From Octopus bimaculoides (taxonomy: Eukaryota): DNA of 64,000 bases. Where the stretch lies: assembly GCF_001194135.2 (NCBI RefSeq), contig NC_068986.1:24932242-24996241 (forward strand), given 5' to 3'. The translations under genes and the position numbers were made by a program. This document shows, piece after piece, positions 1 through 11,773 of the stretch (position 1 is the stretch's first letter; each line of letters begins with the position of its first letter). The notes below the pieces were generated by a model. The model searched no databases. It saw nothing but the letters and a program-made list of their open reading frames with translations, and had not been told where the DNA came from.

Positions 1-158
1 CATAAGGAATATGTCTTTAAAGATCTCTCACTGATCAGAAAAAGCAATGATCGAAGACTGTAAAAAAAAAAGAAAAACTAGGTCTGATCACCAGATTAAC
101 TCACAGAAAATATTTGAAGTATCATACACAAACACTCATGGATACTGGACATAGTGGC

Positions 159-382
159 ATAGTGGTTTCAAATTTTTGCACAAAGCCAGCAAATTTGGGG
201 GCGGGATGTAAATGGAGTGCATCGACCCCAGTGATAGGCTGGTATTTTTTTTTTTTTTGGCCCCAAAAGAATGAAAGTCAAAGTTGACCGCGGCGGAATT
301 CGAACTCAGAAATGTAAAGACGGATGAAACACCGCTAAGCATTTGTCCGGCGTGCTAACGTTTCTGCCAGCTCGCCGCCTTA
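159..382 (-). mobile_element. tRNA-derived SINE, group A (working name)
   Basis: Reverse complement reads AAGGCGGCGAGCTGGCAGAAACGTTAGCACGCCGG...GAGTTCGAATTCCGCCG, giving Pol III A and B boxes. The central body is shared with the other group A copies, and the tail ends in ...AAATTTGAAACCACTAT. Confidence 0.9.
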
Positions 383-1153
383 AGGATCATGGAAATATTG
401 GCAATTAGTAGCACCCTACGTAGATACATTATATCTATCATGAGTAAATGACAAACAATTCTGCAGATAATCATTATAATACATAAGATGAATTCCATCT
501 CCATTGTAAGAGGAATATTCCAAGCTGGGGGTTTTTTTTTTCTGTCATGATTTTATCGGTGAATATTATCCTTGGAATATACTTTTGTAATGCTTATATA
601 AGAAGACCAGTTATTATTTTTAATTTTTGTTTTATTTCCTCTTTTAGAATTTCCTATTCTTAAATCTCCATAATCATTTCTATTTATATTTTTGGTCGTA
701 CTGTTTTGTTCAGGTTTTGATGTCCAGTGTTGTATAAGTGATCTAGAGTTTAGTTTTGTTTCTATTTATTTATTATTTTGCTCATTTGGCATGTTTTAGA
801 TCTATTTTGGTGATTTGCGACTTTCAGTGTTTTAGTTTTGTTTATTTTGTATGTGTTACTTGTGTTTCGTTATTTATTATTTCTTTTAGTTGTTCTGAGT
901 TTGGAAATGTGTTTACTTAAATTAACTAATCTACTGCGTCAAACATTACGTTCAGATTTGGTATATTCTCCCCATCCATATCATATAATAGATAATTGTC
1001 ATACTTTCCTTTTGCGAGTGGAGTGAAGCTGTAAAATATGCATGCTGAACAGAAATATATTCCTCTTGCGTCCATGCTTTTTCCCATACATTTGTGAAGC
1101 TTGAGAAGTGAAGTAAGGTCTTTAGTTAACTTTCTATTATATTTGTCAACTAC

Positions 1154-1378
1154 AGGGCGGTAAGCTGGCAGAAGCGTTAGCACACTGGACGAAATGCGTA
1201 GCGGTATTTCGCCCATCGCTACATTTTTAAGTTCAAATTCCGCAGCGGTCGACTTTGCCTTTCATTCTTTCGGGGTCGATAAATTAAGTACTAGTGAAGC
1301 ACTAGGGTTGATGTAATCGACTAGTCCCTTTACCACAAATTTAAGGCCATGTGTCTATAGCAGAAAGGACTATATTAG
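1154..1378 (+). mobile_element. tRNA-derived SINE, group A
   Basis: Head GGCGGTAAGCTGGCAGAAGCGTTAG, B box AGTTCAAATTCC, body GTCGACTTTGCCTTTCATTCTTTCGGGGTCGATAAATTAAGTAC. Confidence 0.9.
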
Positions 1379-1635
1379 TCAGATAAAGGCTTGTTTGTTT
1401 CTGGAGATGTCAGGCTTTGTATGTTCCATTTTCACACTTATTGTAGACCAGATTCGAAACACTAAATTTTGTTATAACCATTGGCTGAATATTGACTTTC
1501 CTATTTCTATTGTTTTTCATTTTCTTTTGTATGAGGGACAAATTTGTCTGGTATTGATATGAATCGCGGTTCGAATATAAGTCCGCACATGATGTTTGTT
1601 TGATTGGCAATCACGATGAACAGTTGTAATAAATT

Positions 1636-1807
1636 AGGTGTGTTCGTAGTTAAGAAGTTTGCTTTTCAACCACATTGTTTTGGGTTCAGTCCCACTGTGT
1701 TGCACCTTGGGTGAGTGTCTTCTACTATAACCCCTGGCCAACCAGTACCTTATAAGAGAATGTGGTAGACAAAATTGTGAAGAGGCCTGTTTTGTGTGTA
1801 TGTGTGA

Positions 1808-1896
<89 letters not shown>

Positions 1897-2090
1897 CATG
1901 TTGTGTTTGTCCACCACCACCACCACCATCTTTTCACAACTGGTATTGGTTGGTTTACGTCCCCGTATCTTAGCGGTTCAGCAAAAAGAGTTCGTTAAAA
2001 TAAGCACCAGACTTAAAATATAAGTACTAGGATCGATTTATTAGACAAATGCTTCAAGGCGGTGCCCAGCATGGTCGTAGTCGCACTGAG
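1636..2090 (+). mobile_element. tRNA-derived SINE, group B, full length, with internal (TG)n microsatellite
   Basis: tRNA-like head with GGTTCAGTCCC B box and a CORE-like CACCTTGGGTGAGTGTC segment. It carries (TG)n at about 1808-1894, then the 3' half GTTTACGTCCCCGTATCTTAGCGGTTC...AAGGCGGTGCCCAGCATGG that is shared with other copies. Confidence 0.85.
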
Positions 2091-2310
2091 ATCACACTTG
2101 AAACTACGTGGTTTCTAAAGGAAACTTGTTAAACTTCTGCCGCTATATGAGGAGCAGAACAGTATATTCAAGAAATCCAGCAACTAATGATCTGAAAATA
2201 AACTAAAATTAACTAGAAAAAGAAACCAAAATAGACTCGAAAATGATTTTAAAATAGAATTCTCGAAAACAAATAGATTCCAAAATTTAAAAACGCAATA
2301 AATTCCAAAA

Positions 2311-2347
2311 TGAAAAAAACAGCGGGACCTTAGTTGCCAACCCAATA
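2311..2347 (-). mobile_element. isolated mariner-type terminal inverted repeat
   Basis: Reverse complement TA-TTGGGTTGGCAACTAAGGTCCCGCTGTTTTTT resembles the TIR class seen at 18485-18513. It abuts a TA inside the left arm of the next element. Confidence 0.6.
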
Positions 2348-3222
2348 TTCGGACTGCTGCCATAGTAACGAAGCTAAAGCACGCAGAGTGAAGCCACTTG
2401 ACACAGATTGATCTTTAACTCTGTTGTGCATGCGCACTAACTTTTGATGTTCTAACTCACTTCCGCTGTTTACAGTAGTGCTTGGAAGAAAGATGTGTAG
2501 CGAAGGATCGTCGTATTGAACATGACAGAGAAAGTTGAGCAGAGAATCTGCATCAAATTGTGCCAAAAGGTTGGCGATACCTGCTCAGAAACCTACGCAC
2601 GGTTTTCAAAACGTTTTCATCGTTCTCGACACAATCAAGGAGAACTAGTGCAACTGAAACCTGAGTGTCTTCTAGGTCAGCTGAAAGCAGTTTTGGCGCA
2701 AACTTGACAGACACGCATCTCATACCCAAATCTTCAGTGGTAATGGACTGAACTGAATACTAACTAATCTGTACATCCTCTGATAACTCACGGATGGTGA
2801 TTCGACGATTCCCCTCACAGCTGAACGCCTATCTGCGATGTTTTTCTCAGTTCTGCTGGTTTCTGCCTTCCAGAAGGTTCGTCACTATCGACACTTTTTT
2901 CTGCCATCTTGAAAACGTCTGAACCACTCGTACATTTGTATGCAGCTCATATACTCCTCTCCATACACTTTCTGCAACATTGTGAAGGCCTCTGAGCAGG
3001 TATCGCCATGATTACTTTCTCTCTCATGGTCAATGCAACGATCACACACTACATACCTTCCTTCCAAGCACTGCTGTAAATAGTGGAATTGAGCTAAAAC
3101 ATTAAAACTTAGTGCGCATGCACAGCAGAGTTCAAGGTCAATCTGTGTCAAGCGGCTTTTCTCTACGTGCTTTAACTTCGTCACTATAGCAGCAGTCCGG
3201 ATACCTATTGATCAGACCTCGT
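2346..3222. mobile_element. palindromic mariner remnant made of two transposase 5' ends facing each other
   Basis: The plus arm encodes MTEKVEQRICIKLCQKVGDTCSETY. The minus arm starts at TIR ACGAGGTCTGATCAATAGGTATCCGGACT and encodes GDTCSEAFTMLQKVYGEEYMSCIQMYEWFRRFQDGR, then across frameshifts RRITIRELSEDVQIS, TEDLGMRCVSVKFAPKLL and LDCVENDENVLKTV. The arms are about 85% identical over roughly 190 bp by manual alignment. Confidence 0.85.
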
Positions 3223-3659
3223 TATGTGTGCGTGTGTGTGTGAGTGTGTGTGTGTGTGTGTGTGNNNNNNNNNNNNNNNNNNNNNNNNNNNNNNNNNNNN
3301 NNNNNNNNNNNNNNNNNNNNNNNNNNNNNNNNNNNNNNNNNNNNNNNNNNNNNNNNNNNNNNNNNNNNNNNNNNNNNNNNNNNNNNNNNNNNNNNNNNNN
3401 NNNNNNNNNNNNNNNNNNNNNNNNNNNNNNNNNNNNNNNNNNNNNNNNNNNNNNNNNNNNNNNNNNNGTGTGGATATACATGTGCAACCAGAAATGACTC
3501 TGATGAAGGTAGCATTAATTTTTTAGGCTGTTTTTCTCAACTAATCAACTGACTAATTGAGTAAGCCTATCAGTAACGTACCAGTGATGACTACTGGAAA
3601 CAGCTGTAAACCAAATTTACTTCAGTAAAGAAAAATATGTAATGACCATTATCTATACC

Positions 3660-3697
<38 letters not shown>

Positions 3698-4252
3698 TTG
3701 CCATGAGAAACGTGTTCAACTTCTGCCGACATATAAAGAACAGTACTGTATCCTGACACAGCGCAGCAGATAATCGGAGCAGATGATCGGAGAGGAAATA
3801 ATTTCACTTGTCTTGCTGAAGAAAAACTTACAGATGCTATATATGAATGGTTGCCATAAAAGATTGTCAGACAACGTGCTGTTTTGGTATTATTAATAGA
3901 CTTATGCGTTGTTCATGATGTAGAATTGTACCTTTATTAAATATGTTTTGTAATTTTGTCAGGCTGTCGATGAATAAGAATAAATAGTCATGTCGCCTCT
4001 TAAATTTTTGTTTTGATTTTTAAATTTTTTTATGGGTTCATTGTTCATGAAATTAGAGTAACATTTCATCTACAAGCACTTCTATGCGAAATTTAATGAG
4101 GAGAGACGGGTTATATCACCTGCGTATTTCTGTGTGTCTCATTAAAAGCAACTGCGACAATCGAGTCCTTAACAGGAAAACAAAATAGAGTATGAAACAA
4201 ATATGTGTTTATATATATGCGTGCGCGAGTCTGTGTGTGACTGTATATATGC

Positions 4253-4316
<64 letters not shown>

Positions 4317-4784
4317 CTCTCGGATCATTGTCATAAAGTTAAAGAGACTGTTTGGAATATGTATTCTGATTCCGAGAATATTCGATTTTTGTGCTTTAAA
4401 TTACTGATTTTGTACATTAATTCTGGGCTTCATCAGCATTCCATTAACAAATCGTTTTCTTTCCTTTCACCACCATTCAACTTTTATACTAGAGTGAAAG
4501 TACTGGATACTAAGGCTTCCCAAAACATTATGATACAGTGCAATAGCACACTGTACGATATGTAAGTGCTGCCATCACTATCATAGTGACAGATACATAC
4601 TAAAAAAGATAGTTATTTACTAGAAAATCAACAAACCAGAACAAATTAATTTCGCTTACAGTTCGATGCCTATCGCACCAAAACTATCCTTATTGACTTC
4701 TAAAGTGCAATACGAGGTTGAATTTTGCAACTACTTATCAGACTGCGTCGCCCTGCTGTTTGTATCTGTCAGGGCGAATAACCT

Positions 4785-4931
4785 CAACAATGATATCCAG
4801 AGGTAATGCAGTACGATCGTTTCACGCAACTCCATTTAATTGAACAATGCAATCATTACATTAATTTAGATGCAGAGCAATCTTCAGCTCCACAAACGGT
4901 TAAACCGTTCAAAGCAGAGCACCAGCATGAC
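4785..4931 (+). repeat. left arm of 147-bp near-perfect inverted repeat (partner 5451-5597)
   Basis: Base-by-base comparison with the reverse complement of 5451-5597 gives 145/147 identity (one T/C and one G/A difference). Confidence 0.95.
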
Positions 4932-5450
4932 TGGAAGTTTGGAAGTTTGGAAGGCTAAATGATGATTCTAAACTTCTTAGGACGTATACTAATGCTTCAG
5001 TAATTATTACTGCTATGTAGGATCTCAGTCGATCAATGTTGAGCATGCGTTTGAACATATATATATATATATGTGCAGGCGTCGGTAAGATTTTTGTAAG
5101 ACTTTCGGTTATTCATGCATTATTTCCTCTCTCCGACACGGATGTTTATTCAAGGGAAAAGATACCGATACAGCTTGGCACCAGTGACATTGCAAGAGTT
5201 GCTGTGAGAACTCAAAGAGGTGGATCAAATACAGCAAAGTTTCTCGCTCGATCCTCAAGCAGTTTCACCATTTCCTCGCTCTGATTGGATACTTCTTATC
5301 GATCTCAAATAGATGAAAGGCCAAGTTGACTTCGGTGGGATTTGAGATCAGAATGCAGGGAGTTGAGACATTCTATCCAACGCCGCACTAACGGTTCTGA
5401 GAAACTATTTTTGTCTTTTATACTTTACTTGCTCCAGTCATCGGACTGTG

Positions 5451-5597
5451 GTCATGCTGGTGCTTTGCTTTGAACGGTTTAACCGTTTGTGGAGCTGAAG
5501 ATTGCTCTGCATCTAAATTGATGTAATGATTGCATTGTTCAATTAAATGGAGTTGCGTGAAACGATCGTACTGCATTACCTCTGGATATCATTGTTG
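5451..5597 (-). repeat. right arm of 147-bp near-perfect inverted repeat (partner 4785-4931)
   Basis: Same comparison as the left arm. Its inner end runs into a SINE B-type tail on the minus strand (GCACCAGCATGACCACAGTCCGATGACTGGAGCAAGTAAAG). Confidence 0.95.
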
Positions 5598-5732
5598 CTT
5601 ATTTTGATTTTAATCACCTTATTTTGAAATTGTATGGATAATACCGTACTAAATTCTGGTACCTCAACTTAAGTACTATATTCATCTGAATCTAAATTTT
5701 TGCTGCACTCATCTACCATACTCAACCGATAC

Positions 5733-5765
<33 letters not shown>

Positions 5766-7132
5766 CAACTTCTGGGTTTTATCAAATGAATATGATTGAT
5801 TCAGTGTGATCAATTTACACTGAAACTTATCCGTTACATTCAGTTGCAAAATCTACAGACAGGATCCACTTACTCTTCTTTGTGGCCTCTATTTTCAAAA
5901 ACGTCTCAGCTATCTGATCTTACTTGTTTGTTTTCAGATTTTATTTACAGAAGAACTTTCATCACTCATTTAAAGGATAATCTCAGTTAATTCCAGATTA
6001 CAAACATAGTAAATAGAGGTTTACAATTTACTGAGTTACTAAGTCTATGTATTTCAAATACAGAACTCCCTTTTAGAGTAGTTTCTCTCAGCGATTTAGT
6101 TAAAATTTCAATCGTTAATTTTTTATTCCGAATGCATTTTTCCTTCTCTTCACACATCTCATCTTCTGACTCTTTTCTATTATTCATTTATTTGGTCCTT
6201 TGAAACCTTAGTTCTTACTGCTTTCATCCCCTCATTTCAATTATTATTAATTTTTTTCCACAATATATATCCTCAGAATTGCTATTCTCATTCTATAATT
6301 CTACATTTCTTCATACTTTCTATTCATTCACACATTGAAACCCCATCCTTAACCTACACTCTCCTATCCTTCTTTCTGAGTGCTCTCTACCATCTATTCA
6401 TTCCAGAACATTCTTTATTCTTTCACCCTTTTCCACTTTCAATTTTTCTTTGTCATTTTTATAAAAATCTTTTATTCTTGCATTCCTTAGATCTATTATT
6501 CCAAAATCCTTAATTTAAATTTTCTATTCTTACGTAAAATATATTTTTGCATATTTTTAATTCCACCATTCTCTTATTCCGAAATTACTTACTGTCTTTA
6601 TATTTAGCTCCATTTTTCCGTTATCACTTCATTTCTTTGTTTCCCTCGGCACATGCAACATATTCTCCCACACGCTCTTATAACCACCCACTGGATCTAT
6701 AGCTACAATCAACATTACAATCATCACATACGAACCACCCTCACAACTACTCCTCTCTCACACATACACACATACGCAAACACATACACACAGATACACA
6801 CACATACACAAATACAGACACAACACACGTACACAAATACACACACACGCATACACATACACACACATACACACAAATATTTCTATGAAATGTTGGATCT
6901 TTAGCACGGATAACGTTATCACCTTCACAGACTCACTCCCTCTCTATATATCATTCTCTCTCTTCTTATCTATCTCTCCATCTCTATCCCCCCACATACA
7001 CACATACACACATACCTAGCGAATTTCTATTCGAAACTATTAGTGGTGAGACTGAACCCGAAAACTGGTGGGGGCTTATGAGGATAATGTGCTAGTGTAT
7101 CTCAGGCAACAATATATATGTATGTGTGTGTA

Positions 7133-7227
<95 letters not shown>

Positions 7228-7301
7228 TCCAAGGATCGAGGTGTAGGAAGAAAGTTAGCTTCAAGCAATCCGTAGTAAATATATTAAAAAAATGACTTTC
7301 A

Positions 7302-7754
7302 GTAATCACAAGTAACGATGACGTTACGCTTCCATTCATCTCCTCACATGGCCTCACACTCAACACAGAAGCCTACATCAAGTAATTGGAAGAGGTCGTG
7401 CTGCCCTGGGTCAAGCAGTTGGTTGCTGAAAGACCCTATGTCAGGCAACAGGACTCTGCACCATGCTACACATGCAGGAGATCCCAGTCATGGCTGTGAG
7501 ATAATTTCTACGACCACAGCATCCTTAACATCTGGTCACCTAACTCTCCTGACTGCAAACCTCTTCATTCTTATATGTGGGGCGCAGTTGAGCGAGAGAC
7601 CAACAAAGCTCCTTGTAACACCAAAGATGAACTCAAGGCAAGGATCATGACAGTATTCACCAACTTAAACAAGGAGACCCTCCAGAAGAGTTGCAGGAGA
7701 TTCCGAAGTCGTTTGGAGGCCGTGGTTAAAGCCAGTGGTGATTTTAATGAGTAA
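7302..7754 (+). mobile_element. decayed Tc1/mariner transposase C-terminus, DD37D (maT)-type
   Basis: Manual translation gives YVRQQDSAPCYTCRRSQSWL*DNFYDHSILNIWSPNSPDCKPLHSYMWGAVERETNKAPCNTKDELKARI...RRFRSRLEAVVKASGDFNE*. There are 37 residues between the second catalytic D and the third position (CAT, likely a mutated GAT), plus two in-frame stops. Confidence 0.85.
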
Positions 7755-7893
7755 ATTCTAGTATTTCAAGATAATTTTATGTAATTTTGGTAAATATATC
7801 TGTTAAAATAAGATGCCAGTGGTATTTTCATTTTTGCATAATTTCGACGACAGTTTATTCAGCATTTTCTATCTTGTCTTATTTTCCTTATAA

Positions 7894-7949
<56 letters not shown>

Positions 7950-8013
7950 TTAAATTGGTCGATAACTGATGAAGAATTATGGACCTTCTGTTTGTCTCTC
8001 CTTCGTTTTTACA

Positions 8014-8125
8014 TTCGGCCCGCAGCTAAAGTAGAAGACGCTTGCCGAAGATGCTACGGATTGGGACCGAACCCAGAACCATGTGGTTGAGAAGCACACT
8101 TCTTACCACACAGCCACTCCTCGCA
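8014..8125 (-). mobile_element. SINE group B, 5' half
   Basis: Reverse complement of the head AGGAGTGGCTGTGTGGTAAGAAG...CACATGGTTCTGGGTTCGGTCCC, followed by the CORE-like segment. Confidence 0.8.
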
Positions 8126-9445
8126 TACACGCATATTTTTATTCTTTTACTACTCTCAGTCATTGGACAGCGACAAAGATCCGTAACAGTAGTATTTTCC
8201 TTTTTTTTTCTGGTGGTCAGTTTTAATGAACCCAGCACTTAGTTTGAGAATACATTTCATTGATCCCTTTTGATCGCGTGGCTGCCTTTACCTACAGTTG
8301 AGCATATTCTCCAAAAGTCAAACTGGTTTCATCCACATCTTGGAAATCGAAGGCAAGTAACTGGCTCAAACCAGATTCGTGCTTCTAACCCTTACGTTGT
8401 AAGCTAATCACCATTTTATGCCTCCCCGCGCTCTACAAACATGCGCGCGCGCTCAAACTCACGTTCGTGCATGACATGAAAAATGCGAGAACAAGTTTTA
8501 ATAATAAACTTTTAATAATACCACGAACAATTCCCCTCAAGTTTTTATTTTGTTAAAAAATAACGTTTTTTTAATGGTTTTGTTCTTTTTTTTTTGTTAT
8601 TTCTGTTTTATGTTGTTTTTTTTATTACAAACCAATTTTTTTTAATTTTTTTTGCCAAGAATTTAAAAAGTTTTAATTATGAAAAAATAGATTTAAGTTT
8701 TTTTTTTAAAAGGAGGATCCACGAATTTTTTTTTTTTATTAAAAAGTAATCTTCAAACTGTTTTATAACCAATGGAGAAATGTATACCTTTCTTGTATGT
8801 AGTTTTTCCTGTTTACTGTTTTCATGTTTTTTTTTTTTTTGCATTGTTGCTGCTATCCTGTTTTTTCTGGGGAATTTTTTTTGTTTCTCATGCTTCTGTT
8901 TCCTGCTTCACTTATTAGTTGTATGCAGTTTTTCTATTGGCAGTTTCTGTTTTCTGCTCTGTACTTTTTGCTGTGTATATACAAGTGAGGGTTCTGTTTG
9001 ACGTCTTCCTTATTTCATTTCCTGTTTCAAGTTTTCAATTCACTCTTTGTTCTTTTCTATATTCACTTATGGTTTTTTTTTTGGGGGGGGGTCCTAATTA
9101 TTCTATTATTTTCTTTATTTTTCTACTTAATGCTTTTTAACCTATCATCATCTACTTTAAATTTTTGGTAAAATATTTTTTACTTTGTTTTTGTTTATTT
9201 ACATGTCTGCACGTTTATCTCTTCGGTTTTGTTAACTTTTGTTTATATTTTTGTTGTTTCTGTTCATATGTATTTTTTTTTACTTTCTGTTTGCTGTTTT
9301 ATACGGTTGTCGCTTTCTATTGCTTTGTTAACTGTTTTTTCATGTTTTCCTCTTTCTCTTTTCTGTTGTGATATTTATTTCTCTTTTCTGGTTTGTGTTG
9401 ATGATGATTGTACTGAGATTACAACTGTCGGCGGTAGTGGCAGGG

Positions 9446-9447
9446 CT

Positions 9448-9512
<65 letters not shown>
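9446..9512. repeat. (GTA)n microsatellite
   Basis: About 22 perfect trinucleotide units. Confidence 0.95.
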
Positions 9513-10830
9513 TGATGGGTGGGGGTATTGTAGCAGCTGTCATTGTGTTTGGCCTTTATTGTCTCGTTTCGATAATCAGCTGATGGTTCGACATAACCAT
9601 TAGCAGTAGCATTATCATCAACATTATCACCATCATCATCGTCATGAATATAGTTTTCATCCTTTTATTATCAACCTCAATATTTTTTTATCCTATTATA
9701 ACCATTATCACCTCCAACATCACTAATCTTTCCTCTTCATCGCCAATCATTAGAGCCCTCTTCATAGTCATTGCTACAATATAAAATGAGATCTGGAATG
9801 GGTAAGGTTTTTTTTTGATTGCTTTTGTTCTTTTTTTTTTTTCTTGTTTGTTTATTTGTTTGGTCTGTGAGTGTAGGTGACGACAACATCTGTCCCAGAT
9901 GCAGATATCTTTGAATGCTCACCTAAAATCTAACTAGAACGAATACGGGGTTTTTTTTTTTTCTTTACAGCACTTTCCCTAATGGAATTTAGAAAGTTTA
10001 ATTTCTGCTGCAAACTGGGATTGAACCAGATTCTTGGACAAAATCTCTACATTATGGAGATAAGAATTATTCGAATATTACATAAAAAAATATATAAATA
10101 AAAGATTTTTTTCCCCAAAAATAAGGGACAAAAGCAGCAGCTGTATTATCATAAAAAGGTTCCGATACAATTTGGTTATTTCATTAATTAATATCAGATA
10201 GATATGAGTGCATGCACTCGGTGGATTCTTTTATAATGCCTTGCATATAACGACAATCCCATNNNNNNNNNNNNNNNNNNNNNNNNNNNNNNNNNNNNNN
10301 NNNNNNNNNNNNNNNNNNNNNNNNNNNNNNNNNNNNNNNNNNNNNNNNNNNNNNNNNNNNNNNNNNNNNNNNNNNNNNNNNNNNNNNNNNNNNNNNNNNN
10401 NNNNNNNNNNNNNNNNNNNNNNNNNNNNNNNNNNNNNNNNNNNNNNNNNNNNNNNNNNNNNNNNNNNNNNNNNNNNNNNNNNNNNNNNNNNNNNNNNNNN
10501 NNNNNNNNNNNNNNNNNNNNNNNNNNNNNNNNNNNNNNNNNNNNNNNNNNNNNNNNNNNNNNNNNNNNNNNNNNNNNNNNNNNNNNNNNNNNNNNNNNNN
10601 NNNNNNNNNNNNNNNNNNNNNNNNNNNNNNNNNNNNNNNNNNNNNNNNNNNNNNNNNNNNNNNNNNNNNNNNNNNNNCCTTTACTAACTAAAAGCTACGC
10701 TAATATCCAATACCCCTTGTCATACTATTTATGTGGTGCTGCAGGATAGCTATGTGAAGAATGAGTATGTTTCTTATGAATAATTTACTGGAATGTTGAG
10801 ATCTTGAAAGAATCTACCTACTTTAAAAAA

Positions 10831-11773
10831 TTATTGCTTCACTTCTTGCAAAACCTCTTCAAGAATTTTCCACCTTTCTGTAATTCTTTTTATAATGCTA
10901 TCCTTATAAGCAAGTATTGAATGATCGTGCACTTTTTGTTTGTCTTTGGGATTTTGCCAATTGCGATAGTGATGTACCAACCCTTGTGAAAGACCGATTT
11001 CGGAAGCAACATATCCAGTCCGAAAAGTCCAAATATTATGAATTCCCACTGTTTCGACTTTCAAAGGATTAACAATAGTTTTTGAACGAATATACACAGG
11101 ATGTATTTTCGGCTCTCGATCTAGTTTCAACAAAGATATTATATTATATTTTTCAGCTAAGTCTCTCCCGGTGAAATTTTCTTTCGTATCTTCCCATTCT
11201 TTACGAAAAAAAGTACACCTGAAAATATATGCACCTATATTTGTTGCGTGTTTCAAACTATCAATGAAAGTCATCCAGTCCCGATGCTTTTTCGGAACTA
11301 TGATTTCATCTGCATCAATAAACACGATAAATTTAGTCCTGTACATATTTCTATAAAGACAGTCATTTATAGCAGCGAGCTGACCAAAATAATGAATTTC
11401 TGATCCACCTCCAGTTTTAAATGGTATTTTCCATTCAACTGTCTCTGACAAACCTTCTTCTGCGTATTTTTTTATAATTGCAGTTACATTTTGACCAATA
11501 CTGTAGTTGTAGAAGATGAAATAATCGGCACCAAATATCTTGTTGATTTCCATCCATTCGACCAATTCGTCCATACGATCATAGTTGGAGTGCAAAGGAC
11601 TGAGGCAAACAGTAAAGTTTTTCTTGCCTGTTTTTCTAGCTACAGAATTTGGTGTAACCAAAATGTGATTTCTAGGTTGCTGGCATTTCTTCTTTAAGAC
11701 AATTGAAACACTGACTGGTGGCTCATTCACTTTAAATTGGTGTAGTGGACAGAGGAAGTAACAGGCAGCAAAT
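10831..11773 (-). CDS. terminal coding exon of a glycosyltransferase family 92 (DUF23, GALT-1-like beta-1,4-galactosyltransferase) gene
   Basis: Uninterrupted frame of about 313 codons with GT92 motifs FTVCLSPL, LVEWMEINKIFGADYFIFY, YFGQLAAINDCLYR, the DxD motif FIDADEIIVP, SKTIVNPLKVETVGIH and LVHHYR. A polypyrimidine tract and AG acceptor sit at 11775-11774 (phase 2), and the stop TAA is at 10833-10831. The ORF-track start at 11832 is intronic. Confidence 0.92.

Noticed and set aside
5980-6640. Pyrimidine-rich stretch possibly a decayed LINE 3' region
   Set aside because: No diagnostic motif could be recovered in any frame.
8500-9420. About 900 bp of strongly T-skewed, homopolymer-rich sequence with several hydrophobic ORFs
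   Set aside because: Low complexity explains the ORFs. No periodicity or decodable protein was found, and it may be decayed repeat or low-quality consensus.
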